DNA of 64,000 nucleotides. It comes from Camelus ferus. Its lineage: Eukaryota. A program made the translations under genes and the position numbers. How positions within the stretch are numbered: position 1 is the first letter of the stretch; every line of letters begins with the position of its first letter. The stretch covers positions 20,710,001 through 20,774,000 of the forward strand of contig NC_045697.1 of assembly GCF_009834535.1 (NCBI RefSeq), read 5' to 3'. Shown here piece after piece: positions 23,960-36,440 of the stretch. A model generated the notes under the pieces. It was not told where the DNA came from. It saw only the letters and a program-made list of their open reading frames with translations, and did not search any database.

Positions 23960-24400
23960 CATGTAAACTGTGTACCTGCTTATGTTAGTCTCTGTAACTA
24001 AAATAGTCCATGAAAGCAAGCATCTCTTGTGTGGCTTTGTTTTTTTCTCATTAAACTTTGTTTTAATGGGTCTCGAAATTCTGTGATGGATTTTTAATTA
24101 AGTTGTTTCCATTAAAAAGTATACTGATTTTAAAAACTAATAACTTAAAAATGCCTCACACAAAAAAACAAATGGTCCACAGAACATTCTCCTTTCCTTT
24201 GGAAGGTTTTACAATGCAATGTTATTATTAACCCATCTTTTACTGTTCAACTTAAATGGCCAATTGAGACAAACAGTTCTGAGACCATTGTCCCACCACT
24301 GATGAAGACAGGGGTAGCAGGCATTGGGGATCCTTAGGTCAAACTCACTAGGTATTTGATTGATATACTCATAAGCTGAGTAAATTATTGAATTAAAGCA
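23960..24400 (+). mobile_element. L2 3' end, interrupted by the EEF1A1 retrocopy
   Basis: Left half gtccatgaaagcaagca and right half ...taaattattgaat reconstruct an L2 terminus. Confidence 0.5.
24036..24331 (-). pseudogene. EEF1A1: Processed pseudogene fragment: EEF1A1 3'UTR with residual poly(A)
   Basis: Reverse complement reads atccccaatgcctgctacccc...cagtggtggg...ggtctcagaactgtttgtctcaattggccatttaagt...ttttaagttattagtttttaaaatcagt...aatggaaacaactt...gagacccattaaaacaaagtttaatgag plus A-rich tail, matching the recalled EEF1A1 3'UTR. Confidence 0.92.
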
Positions 24401-24749
24401 GTAGGCACGAGAATAAATGGGTGAAAGTATAAAGATTGGACACAATGTCTTCAGAGCAGGAGGCTGTGGTTTCGTGGCATAGGGATGCTAATCATTATGT
24501 CAGAAACGATGGGAACTGGGTTTAGAGCGGCAAAATGTGTGCTCGGCCACATTCTCACCGGTAGACGCTGGCCCTTCAGTGTCTTTCCCATTTGAGTCAG
24601 CACTGTCTCAGGAACTGATGGTGCAGATGGATTATTTTTACATTCCAGGAGTCAGGAAACTTCTAGTTTTGGGCTGTGACACTCTTTTTCTCAGCTGTCT
24701 GCAGTTTGTTCTCTCTTCTAAGCAGATTCTTCCATATTGATCGTTTAAC

Positions 24750-24990
24750 TCCACACTCCACCTCTCCGTATGCCTTTATCTGGTTAACTCCTATTTATCT
24801 ATCTTTATAAAGCTTAATTTTCATTCTCCCCAAACTGAATAGTTGATTTTTCTATGTGTTTCACAGTAATCACACTTTTCTATCGTTTAAGATCAGCTTC
24901 TCTTTAACCTCTAATAACCTGGAAGCTCCTATGTGTAGCTTGCTGGGTACATAATCATCATTCAATAGAGAGAGAATGAATGGGTAAATA
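24750..24990 (+). mobile_element. L2 3' end
   Basis: ctggttaactcctattt...gcttgctgggtacataatcatcattcaatag...gaatgaatg. Confidence 0.55.
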
Positions 24991-25454
24991 AACAATAAAA
25001 CTAAAGCCCCCTAATATGTAAAATTTAGGGACTGTCAGCTATGTTTTATTTAGTAGATTCATTTACCCAGTTGTATTTCAATGCAGAACATGGGGGTTCT
25101 ATAATACCCCCGAAGAAAGGAAATGTATCTCTACTTTTGCCTGCAATTGATGAATACATAGAATATTTATGCCATCTAGTTTCTTTAGAACTTATATAAA
25201 ATGTGAGATTCTTAGGATCACACACATACCCTTGGTGAAGTTATGTAGATCAAAAATGATTTTTTTCCAGGTATCCATACTACTCTGCAGCTTGTAAGGC
25301 TAGCCAGCAGGAAACCACAAGAAAGAGCGTGATGGGAGAGATCAAAGAGAATACCAAATCGATGCTGGTCTGGTATGAATAATGGTAGCATATCTGTGTG
25401 TGAAATCTAAACACAGAGGTCAAACTTTCTTGGACAATGACATGAAAGGTGATA

Positions 25455-25962
25455 GAATCATATCCCTGATTTTAGGTAACAGTAACGCAGTAAGTTTATT
25501 TCTAGGCATTTTATTGTTTCTGATGCAATGGAAATGTTTATGCCAGTTATAAAATTCTGGCTTTTGAAGTGGAAAAAAAAAGTGAATGAAGAGCCGCAGA
25601 AGGCAAAATATCCTTCTTTCCTGTTGGTGAGTTGTATTTCATTACATATATATGCTGTATCTTCTTTATCCATTCATCTATTGATGTGCCCTTAGGATGC
25701 TTCCATACCTTGGCAATTATAAATAATGTTGCTGTTAATAGCGGGTGTATGTATCTTTTTGAATTAATTCTTATTTTCTGGTTGGCTTTATTCCTTTGAT
25801 AGCTATGTAAGTTTAAAAAGCTATAGCTCCAAACATTCTTGGAAACAATGAACAATAAATTAAAAAACATGCAGTATATTGTATTTACATGCAATATATT
25901 GTATATGTGCAGTCAAATTGTACCAATTTTACTTAATAAAACTGAAAAATGAAAAAAAAAAA
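25455..25962. mobile_element. Rearranged L1 fragments (two antisense pieces plus a sense 3' tail)
   Basis: Antisense ORF2 pieces (ETIKCLEINL; ATLFIIAKVWKHPK..SIDEWIKK) followed by sense tacttaataaaactgaaaaatg and an A run. Confidence 0.8.
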
Positions 25963-26335
25963 GCAGTGACAGTAAGTGCAAAGGGTCTGAGCAGGTGCAC
26001 ATTTCTGATGTTTTGGAAGAAGTGGAAGGTGGCCAGGTGGCTAGGGTAGAGTGGGAAGAAGGGAGGGCATGAGGGCAGAGCCATGCAGAGCCAGGATTTT
26101 GCAGGCTGATTTAGGGAGTTTGAGTCTCACTTGGAATCAGAGTTAGCCTTTGAATAATTGCTAAAAGGAGAGTAACACAAACTGACTCAATTTGTATCTG
26201 TATCATTTCCCAATGCTGGGTGGGGAAGAGACTGTGGAAGGTCAGGTGCAGAAGCAAGGGTTCTAGTGGAAAAGGGCAAGGCTCCCGAGAAGACACAGGT
26301 GCCTTAGATCAGGCGAACAGGGTGAGAAATTAATT
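25963..26335 (-). mobile_element. L2 fragment
   Basis: aagtgcaaagggtctgag...ggccaggtggctagggtagagtgg...agggagtttgagtctcactt. Confidence 0.7.
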
Positions 26336-26340
26336 CAAAG

Positions 26341-26470
26341 GGAGGCGGAGTTACCCCCTGTGACATCATCCGCACCCCGCCCCGCACTACTGCAGCTGCT
26401 GCAGTTGTGCAGTTCAGCTCTGCAGGCAGGAAACACATGTAGGAGAGTGTAGGTCACATGGTGAGCAGTT
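26341..26470 (+). promoter_or_regulatory. Small promoter-like GC patch
   Basis: ggcggag and ccccgccccg GC boxes, tgacatca CRE-like site, retained CpGs, then atg/gtgagc donor-like motif; activity unknown. Confidence 0.3.
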
Positions 26471-26694
26471 TCTCAATGATAGCTGAATTTTAACCTGATT
26501 TTATTGTATGGGTACTGTCTGTAAGGGTGATAGTTGACCAAAAAAGGTAGGATCTAATAAATGGGGCAGAAGCAGGACTGTAGATTGAGATGACAAGGGG
26601 GCATCATATGATAGTAAGTGGCAATAAAGGAAACGGTAGTGGTATCCAGACTTTAGACCTCAAAATATGTATGTGTATATAGAATATCGATATC

Positions 26695-26737
26695 ATGTGT
26701 GTGTGTGTGTGTGTGTGTGTGGATATATATATATATA
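26695..26737. repeat. (TG)n/(TA)n microsatellite
   Basis: Directly visible dinucleotide runs. Confidence 0.95.
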
Positions 26738-26841
26738 AAAAATATTAAAATGACCACAGGAGTCCCAAAATTAGTGGCAAAGGGATCCACCAGAAATATT
26801 AGGAGTATTAGTTGTAGAACAGGATAACTGGTGATTCTCCA

Positions 26842-27016
26842 CCAGGGTAGAGCAAGGTTTTGCCGACAGGAGGCTGACACAATTCTTAGTATCCTCCTTT
26901 AGGAAAAGAATAAAAAAATTATGAACACAAAGTAAGATTCAGAGTCCTGCAAATGGCCTATTCAAGTGAGACGCTCAGAAGATTAAGTTTTATGAGCTCC
27001 CTGGCAAGTCCACTAC
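26842..27016. mobile_element. MER53-like hAT MITE
   Basis: cctttaggaaaagaataaaaaaattatgaacacaaa...caagtgagacgctcagaagattaagtttt. Confidence 0.65.
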
Positions 27017-28517
27017 TAATTATAGGATATTCATATGGAATGCATTTTATTTTCATTTATTGTTAATAAGCCTCACTAAACATCAACCTATAGAAATAAT
27101 AAAAGCAGGAATTTCTTTAATAAAAAAATTATAAACTGAAGTACGTATCTCAGATTGTTCTCAGGCTGTTCTGTTATGCTTTTCATGATACAAATACTTT
27201 TTGAAAAAAAATCATATTCGGAAAAAATAGTGCACAATTTGGGTTACTTACAATTTCTATCATTGTTTTAAAGTGAATGTTGCAATAGTTGTTCCAAATA
27301 CCTATTTAAAAAAATTGTTAAACTCTGGATAGCTGTTAAGAAAATGAAACACAGATCTGAAGTAGTCTAAAGATTGGAAAAGAAATGAAGATTTAACCTT
27401 TTAAGAAATGATGGGGAAACCAATATTACCTGATAAAGGAAAGACAAGAGTGGGCTGCTGGTACTTGACCATGCCCCAAGTGCCATCCTTTATCTTGTGT
27501 ACAGGAATCCCCGGGATGAGGAAGGCTGTATGTCCTTGGAATTTCACCCTCTCATTCCCATAAACTCCTGCCACGGCCAATGTCTAATCTGCACATTTTG
27601 TAGTTGAATTAAAAGAATACAAAATATATCTTTCTCAAAATCAATTTTTATTTTCCTCCAAGTGTTCAACTTTCCAATTTTTATAGCCTCATTACTTCTC
27701 TAAGTTCTCATTTTCCACATATCCAAGTATTTTCCCCTTCTTTTGGACTCTAACAAGGAATTTAATGAAAGTTTTAATGATGATTAAGGAACAGGTGTTG
27801 CATTTCTTTGGTCAAGGAGTCTGTCTAAGTTATCCTTTAGTGGAAAATAAGGGGAAATCAAACCTCTCCTTTGGCCCCCTTAGCTCCAGCCTCCGAGGAG
27901 AGCACTAACGTGGAATAGAGCTGCTTCCTCTGCTGCCATTCCACCCAGGTTCCCTGAGATTACTTGTAACTGTTTGGTGCACCTACTGCCCCTTAGTGCT
28001 CAAATAAATAAACTCAGCTTTAGGTACAGGAGAAATAAAGATAGTACTTGATGGTGTCCTAGGTTAGTTCTTAACCATTTGGATTCATCTAACTTGGGTA
28101 AAGTGCTCTCCCAACATATTCAGCAAAAATCTCTGGGTCTTGCAGGGAAGCTTGGGGCTAAATCTCTAGCAGTGTTTGTGTGTCCCACGTACTTTACCAG
28201 CTACTGCCTTGGCCTAACGTAGGATCAGTTTTCACATTAAAATCTAATTTTTAAGTGTATTTGAGTATAGTAGCCAATAGTCTAAATGTTGCCTAACTTT
28301 ACTCTCCTTCCAAATAGAGGTTCTTAATTTGAAACCTAGTCACAAAAATGTAACTTTTAGTTTAGCTGAGTAATAGTGGAGCATGTACCATCACCTGGCG
28401 CCAAGCTAACAACAAGGGCCAGTGGACAATTTACTCTCGCCGTGAATCCTGGAAAAGCAAAATGCAGTGGGATTTGGTAAACATAGCCACTGTCTTTGCT
28501 ATGTTAACCAAACAGGA

Positions 28518-28978
28518 ATTTTAGTTAGCTTTTGCTGACTAAACCACACATCACCCCCCTCAGATACAGTGATTTGAAACAATAGCAACGTTATTGAGCT
28601 TATAGTTCTGTGGGTTGTCTTGATATTCCTGAGGTCTAGGCCAGTTCTGCTGGTCACGCTGGGCTCGCTCACTTACCTATGGGCAGCTGGCAGATTGGCT
28701 GGCTGTTGGACGATCTCCTAGGGCTCCAGTCACGTGACTGGCAATTGCCAGGCATGGTGGAATCTCAGGTCAAGTGGCTCATCTCAGCCACATGTGGTCT
28801 TTCAATTTCCAGTAAGCTAACTCAGCTTTGTTTGCAAGTCAAGCCATGTGGTCAAGTCCAGATATAAGGAGTAGAAGAATCATCTCCATCTCTTGGTTGG
28901 GAGAGCTTCAGAATGACTTTGCTAAAGGGCATGCATATTGAGAAAAACTCCTGGCTACTGTTTGCAACCTGCCCTGTA
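28518..28978 (-). mobile_element. MaLR MLT1-type LTR
   Basis: ttagttagcttttgctg...cagtgatttgaaacaatag...gggcagctggcagattggctgg...catgtggtcaagtccaga. Confidence 0.8.
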
Positions 28979-30642
28979 GGCTAGTTGCTATTGTGTTGAA
29001 TTGAAAACCTTTGATGGTCACTCTCCTGTCCCTCTGCCTTTCTCTTGCAGCGTTCTGGGTACATTCTTAATCTCTACAACTTCTACTTAGAGACAAAATG
29101 CTCTCCTCCCACACCACCCTAGTTTTCTGTGTAATTTTTTAAACTATTGATTGGGGGTGGGGAGAAATCTATTTGACTTAATGATTCTATATTATCCTGT
29201 TTGTCTCAACACATCTTTAGAGTTAAATACAGTAATAAGATTTTTAAAAAGGATATTTATTTTCTAAAAAGTGAGAGTATCTTACAGTATTTGAGACTCC
29301 AAGACTACAGAACACAATTCTCGTTTTCTTCTTAGCTCTGCGATTTGTGTATTATGTATATGCTTCAACTTCTCTGCAGAATTTCCAGGAATCTACTTAA
29401 TGATGTCCACATTAATTTCCCTAATAAATCATAAATTTGAAGCAGATGGGCAATACTTACTGGGAAGCTGGTTGACACACAGTATCCCTACAAAGTTTTT
29501 AAATGCTGGGGCTTTTCCAAAGCAACAGGACTAAATGATGTCATCTTGTAATATCCTCTCTAGGGATGGGGTGAAAGTTAATGAGTCTGATCTTTCCAGT
29601 GGTCAGTAAGCTAACGTCCATTATATTAAGATCTTGATCATGACATGGATTCAGTTGATCAAACTACTGGCCCCTTTAAAAATGGAATCTGTGAAAGAAA
29701 CTCCGACAAATGCCTAAGAATGTCTGTGCTAATGGTTAACTGTGTACATAATGATGCTGTTTATCCACTGTTCCTCTTTTACTGATTGTTTGAATTTTAT
29801 CTAGCTGTCTTCAGCCAAAACATCTAAACACCAGGATCATAAGCTGTTAAGAATGACATACAGAAGAATGTGACTTTTTTCCCCTTGCATTTTGACTTTT
29901 GGCTTGCCTATCTACACAACCCATTCTTCAAAATAATTTGGAGAACTGAGAAGTTTCAAAGAGAGAAATGGAAACTTGGAGAACTTTATTGAAGCATTTG
30001 TACCAAGAATAGTCAAAAAGGAAGAAAAAAATCATTTCTCTAAAGACATACCATCTTGAGCTGTGATCTTGCCAATTCTTAGTAGCTGAGTAGGGTCAGT
30101 TCCTCTCAGCACTTGAATGTGAGATCTCAGGAGATAAGATAAAGGATTGAAAGAAATGGTGTTTGTGATTTTTTTAAATAAGTTATAACTTTATTCTTTC
30201 AGATTTCGTCCAGGCCCCGTAATAGGGCTAAGGAGACTATTGACATGTTAACTTTAAAAAGAAAGTTAACAAAAAGCATTAGGAATTCCTGTGTATTTTC
30301 TAAATTCATTTGTGTTTTCAGTATCATTTATAAACTGACATTTCATTATTGCCTTTGTCAGATTAAACACATTCTTACTACAAAGTTTCATATTCTATAT
30401 GCAAAATAGGTTTAGGATAACCATGTTTACAATTTTTTCCCTGAACCTCTTATTTCTTCCATCCTTTTCCTGATCACAAAGAAGAGAGGAGTAAGGCTGC
30501 AACTAATGCTTTAAAGTGTATGAGGAAAAACCTAAACTCTGCTCGTGATGAGCAAGCATACACTTGCTTACTCCTGAAACAAGGCTGAGGAAAAGTATTT
30601 AAACTGCCTAGTATGCTGGCTGGTTTTCCGTGACTGCCTCTC

Positions 30643-31100
30643 TTAATAGATATTTTTCTAAACAAGACATACAGATGATCAATAGGCACATGAAAAGATT
30701 CTCAACAGAGCTAATCATTAGAGAAATGCAAATCAAAGCCACAATGGGATATCACTTCCCACCTGTCAGAATGGTTATCATCAAAGAGTCTGCAAATTAA
30801 CAAATGTTGGCAAAGATGTGGAGAAAAGGGAACCTTAGTACACTATTGGTGGGAATGTAAATTGGTCCAGCCACTGTGGAAAACAGTATGAGAGTTCCTT
30901 AAAAAAATATAAAAATAGAACTACCATTTGATCCAGCATTTTCACTCTCAGGAATATATCTGAAGAAAACAAAAACATTAATTCAAAAAGACACCCTGCA
31001 CCCCAGTGTTCATAGCAGCACTATTTACAATAGCCAAGACATGGAAACAACGTAAATGTCCATCGACAGATGACTGGATAAAGAAGTTGTGTTATTTATA

Positions 31101-31178
<78 letters not shown>

Positions 31179-31618
31179 AGAATACAATTCAGCGATAAAA
31201 AATAAATAAAATTTGCCATTTGCAACAACATGAACGGACCTAAAGCATATTATGCTTAGTGAAGTAAGTCAGACAGAGAAAGACAAATATTATATGTAAT
31301 CCCTTATATGTGGAATCTAAAAAAAAAATGTACGTAACAAAACAGAAACAGACTCACGGACATGAAGAACGAATTAGAGGTTATCAGTGGGAGGGAGAAT
31401 GGTGAGGGGCAAGATAAGGATAGGAGATTGAAAGGTACAAACTATCACATATAAAATAAACAATCTACAAGAATATATTATGCAGTACAGGGAATATAGC
31501 TAATACTTTATAATAACTTTAAATGGAGTATAATCTATAAAATATTGAATTACTATGTTGTACAGCTGAAATTATTATAATATTATAAATCAACTATACA
31601 CACTTCAGGGAAAAAAAA
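30643..31618 (+). mobile_element. 5'-truncated L1 (ORF2 C-terminus, 3'UTR, A tail) with internal (TA)n(CA)n
   Basis: MFIAALFTIAKTWKQRKCPSTDDWIKKL; gaaatgcaaatcaaa; 3' end aaatcaactata and A run; microsatellite ~31095-31178. Confidence 0.95.
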
Positions 31619-31699
31619 TCAAGCTTTTATTTGACTGGGCACTCTAATTATCATGAATCTTAGCATCCACACACCCCTAAAACTTTATGGGTACATTCT

Positions 31700-32235
31700 T
31701 TCCATTGGCCCATCCTACTTTTTATTATTCCTCTGTTCTTAAGTAGTTTTTTTCTGGTTCCCCAATGCTGTCTTCCAATGTTGCCTATGACTATCAGAAA
31801 GAATTCTCAAAGATGCAGAGCTAAACTTACTGCTTATCTTGAAGACCAACACTGCTCACTATCTACAAGCCTCCCAAACTTTGCTTTTTCTTGATACAAA
31901 TTCCCTTTCCTCCAGTCATATGTAATTACATATAATTTCTTAAATATTTTATGCTTTTAGGAACTTCCTATTTTTCACATTTGCTCTTTCTGCTATTGGA
32001 AATTCCATTTTTATTCTCATATCTGGATCATGGATCTTTGCCTGGCCCCCATAAAATTCTATTCTGCTTATCCTAGCTCTATTCTCATACCCAGTGAAAT
32101 GTGTTTGCTTGTATCTCTAGCAGAAATGAAGTTTCTCTAGAAATGAATTCCTAACTTCTCAACACCTAATTGAAGGCTAGCTTAGAATGGATGGTCAACA
32201 AATATTTGTTGAATATATGAATCAGTAAATGAATA
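31700..32235 (+). mobile_element. L2 3' portion
   Basis: Pyrimidine-rich decayed body ending tcaacaaatatttgttgaatatatgaat. Confidence 0.65.
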
Positions 32236-32690
32236 ATACCAAGATATATAATGATGGAAGAAAGTGAAAAAGGAAGGGCTATAATTTGGGAATATATAAA
32301 CAACTGTTCTTTAAAACCCATGACAAATTTAATGACAAGATTTTTGCTACTCTTAAGTGTATTTAGGTCTTTGTTCCATTACTGTTTTATGAGTTTACTT
32401 TTTATTGTAGATTATTTTCTATTCTAGATTGCTTCCTGATGGAAGCAACTATTTTCAGAAATAAGCTTACAAGTATATATAAAAGACAGAAATCTCAATG
32501 GCGTGGTTATAGAAATGCTAAAAAATTTTTTCAGACAGATGTAATTGTACTAGGAAAGAACAAATCTGACTCAATATTGGATCTTTTTTTTGGGGGGTGG
32601 GGAGAGTTTGCTTTCTTTTTTTTTTTTTTTTTTTTTTTACTTTAACCTTTGTATTCTACTGCTTTTGCTACAAGTCAGTCACTAAAGAGA

Positions 32691-33109
32691 TGTTGCCGAT
32701 AGCTTAAAGTATACATAATGGCCCATCTCCAGGAACTCTGCCTCCCATGCCTGAGCATTAAGCTGAAATACCTTTGTTTAGCTCACAGGAAACATCGTGA
32801 CCAGGCCCACCTGTGAATGGCTGCAAGAAAGAAGACATTTTAACACACCCCCTCTGGAATCTGGCCAGAATCAGGAAATATTTGCAACAATTTATTGCCT
32901 TTTTTATTTTACTTCCTCAACCCCTCCCTTTGTTCTGTAAAAGAGACTAGGTTCGTAACCGAGGCAAAATGGTTCTTTGGGACACTAGCCTGCCATCTTC
33001 TTGGTCTGTTGGCTTGCTGAATAAAGTCGCTATTCCTTGCCCCAACAACTCATCTTTTAATTTACTGGCCTGTTGCATGGCAAGCAGTATGAGCTTGGAC
33101 TTGGTAACA
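32691..33109 (+). mobile_element. ERV1-class solo LTR
   Basis: tgttg...ttggtaaca termini, AATAAA at ~33020; 3' 140 bp homologous to the LTR at 9108-9629; TSD not clean. Confidence 0.85.
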
Positions 33110-36100
33110 TAATTATTTTGGAAATTAGAGAATTGGATTTATGATTTATAATTTTAAAGTTGAAAACTTGAGGATACAGTAAAAGAGTGTTTTGCTTTAC
33201 CTCAGTGTCCTTCCATTTATGCCATGAAGTAAAGTATGGTTAGTGAAGTAGAATAGAGTTGGATTCCAATATCCGACTCAATTATTTATTATATTGTGAT
33301 ACTGAACTGGTATCCTAATTGTTTTCTTTTATACCTGTTAAAAACCCATGCCTCTCACAGAGTAGAAGTCCAATAAATTATTGTAATCTGACATTCTTTT
33401 CACAGATATGTATTAAATTTCTTTTTATATATAAAGCATTTCATCTTAGCTTTGCAAAACTCTGGAGCCATTTCCAGCTTTTTCAAAAGAGAGATCAAAA
33501 TACTGGTTTAAGGGGAAAAAAGTTTCCTGGGGTTGCCTATAAATTCAATATTTCAGATCACTAATCAAAGCCATGTTATTTGGAGTCCATCTCATTTTTA
33601 CAATAATTAACCAAGAGTCTCATGTAAAAGAAATTGAAATCAACCCCTCCACTCTCCTCCCCTCCAAAAAGAAATAAAAAAGCCGTGAGATTTGAAATAC
33701 AAGGAATAGCAGTAGGCTCTGAATCTTTTCCCTATTCATATGTTTTGTTGTGAGTATGAGGTGAAGGATATGAACTTGTGGAGAGAGATTCTTAAAGGAG
33801 GTCATTTTGAAAGCTGTTGAAAGTGTCTTCCAGATTGGCAATAGCCCTTACCTTGGCCTCATACTGAGAAGCTTGGCCCAACATATGTGATACTAAACTT
33901 ATGCACACTCAAACAATTTTGAGTTTCAGTCATTAGATTTCAGAAAACATATCCAAAATAGTCTCCAAAAATCAATTATACAGCAGAATAATACTGATAT
34001 TGAAATATTAATAAAGGTCCTAAGAGACTGTTCAGTTATTTTTGCTCCAAATATGGTAAATTTCTCCTCATGTATTATACATGGTTTAAACTTGTGTAAC
34101 ATAAATAATACATAACTAAGTAATTTATTTATAAGAAATACACATTTTTATTCATCTTCTCAAGTTCCACAACACATTGTTATTCATAACCTTAGATAAA
34201 CTAATCACCTTGTCAGCTGACTATTGGTCAATGTGCATAAAATGTAAAACCATTAGGATGACTCATATCAACTTCTGATAACTGCTCAGAGTCATTAAAA
34301 TGTTTAATTTTAAAGGAAAGGTAAATATTCATGAATTGATATTCTTATAATCTAGTCCAATAAATTTTCTTGTGTAAATCCATTTCATTATTTTGAATTT
34401 AGTACACTGGTAATATAGATAAAATTCTAATATTGAAAAAATATATTTAACACAATGCAGTATCTAAGCTCTTCATAGAGTAAGTAATATTCTTTATTTG
34501 ATCTGAAGAAATAAGCTCTTAGAAATAAGATGCAATGTCTTGACAGACATAATTTTTGCAAGGATAAAGTCTCATTAGTCTCAAGGAATTCCAAATAAGG
34601 ATTTCAGAACTCATCAGATTAGTCAATGTTAACAATAGCGTAGTTAAGATTTCTTGGTATATGAACTAATCTGGAAAAGTCTTAAAGATTATCATTCCAG
34701 TGAAATTCTTCCTTCACTTTTACTCTCTGGGAGTTAAAAATAAAAGCAAACTGTGTCCGTGTTCTATTCAGTCTGAATGCAATCAAATGGGTTTGTTGAT
34801 TTGAGCCTAACTTTATTCTCACATGAGATGCTATGGAATAAAATCAGAAATAAATTGGCACTGCAGTTACAATTCTATTCCCAGCTTTTAACAAGATGTT
34901 CACGGGGATTAGTTTTCAATAGATTTCAGAAAATGCAGCAAATGCAAGTTAGTATTTTTTGAAATTTTTTCTTAAAATAAATTTCAAAAAAAAAGGCATA
35001 AACAGGTGTGTGGGCACAAAAAAACTTTTTTCTTAAGTAAATGCCAAATCAAGAAAATGAGTATCCACTTCTGTGTTAAATTCCAGTCTTCTGGGTTCAT
35101 CTTCTTTTCACTTTCTGCTTGTTTGACTTCCATCAGCCCAGAAAGCGATACAGTTCAGTTAGTCATCAATATGTAAAGCCATTCTGGGATGATAATAGCG
35201 ACAATACTATCAATAAATCAGTAAATAAATTTATTGAGCAATTATAAGATAAAGCCAGTTATTTAACAAAAATTTTAATTTAATGGATTCATTTTATAGA
35301 TTAGTTTTTACTTAATCCACAAAAAAGAAAATGCCTTTAGGAAGTTACTTTTATAGTCTGCATTTTACAAAAGAAGAAAATATAGAGTGGCCACATGGCA
35401 CAACAAACTTAAAAGAACTACTACTGCAAAACTGATGTTAAAAAAAAAAACACTAAAAGAGTTGCTTAATTATTACATTACATTCATCCTTTATCTCACT
35501 TTTACTTTAATTTCTACAGTCAATGATCAAATCTTATTTATCTTTAACATCCCCCAGTACCAATGTCATGTAAAGTTCATAGTTGATAATACTTGATTGG
35601 TGGAAACATGAAATATATTTTTTCTCTCTTCTATTGGTGGAAATATGAAACATACTTTTTCTCAATAGTTATGCATTATCAACTGAGTGCTTTACAACAA
35701 CCTCCTTTGACTAGTTCTCAGTGCTCAGTTGTGAAGGGGTTTCTGTTCTCCGGCAGTAATCTGTTCTGTTGTCATTAGCTTCATTACTGGCCTTTTGCCT
35801 GAGTGGTGGTTGGCATTTCCTCCAGACACTGCAGGATTCCCATTGGCTAGGTAGCTTTGTCAGCCAGCACGCCGTCTCTTCCTTTGACTTGATCATGAAA
35901 TTCCTAATTCTTACCTCAGGAAAGACTTTAGATCTCATAGTGCAGCAGAAGAAACTGAATCTTGGAGCCCAAGGAGGGCTCAAGAAATTCAGGGGGCTAA
36001 GTAAGTATTTTCCCATTTTTTCAGGTTTCCTGGATTACTGTCTAATTCGATTATGCCTGTGAAGGGTAATTTCTCAAAATTTAATTTTTGCTGATTGGCA

Positions 36101-36397
36101 ACGGGACAAACATGTTCCATGCTTCTTGAGAAAAGAATAAAACTTGGAGTCAAGAGGGTAAACAATACATTCATTACAGGGAAACTACAAAATCACCTTC
36201 CATATGACTTTCTCTACTTTTTGCTGACTTTCCTTATTACTCCCTCTCCCTCCCTTCCCCTCCTGCCTCCGTCCTCTTCTTCATTCTCTTCCTCCTCTTT
36301 TTTTGCTTCCATCTCTATCTGCTTATCTGCAAACACACACACAAGAACACATGCATATGTACACATCTCCATATAGATATGAAGACTGGTACGTGGT

Positions 36398-36440
36398 AAA
36401 TGGATGGATAGATAGGTAGATAGATAGATGGATAGATACA
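36398..36440. repeat. (GATA/GATG)n tetranucleotide repeat
   Basis: Directly visible. Confidence 0.85.

Noticed and set aside
30247..30270. Short perfect hairpins (tgttaacttt..aaagttaaca; also ~39547-39571 and ~41523-41540)
   Set aside because: Stems of 10 bp or less are expected by chance in 64 kb of AT-rich DNA; intrinsic terminators are not relevant in a mammal
9108..33109. A single provirus bounded by the two related LTRs
   Set aside because: Opposite orientations, different U3, the first LTR has its own TSD, and no gag/pol/env lies between them
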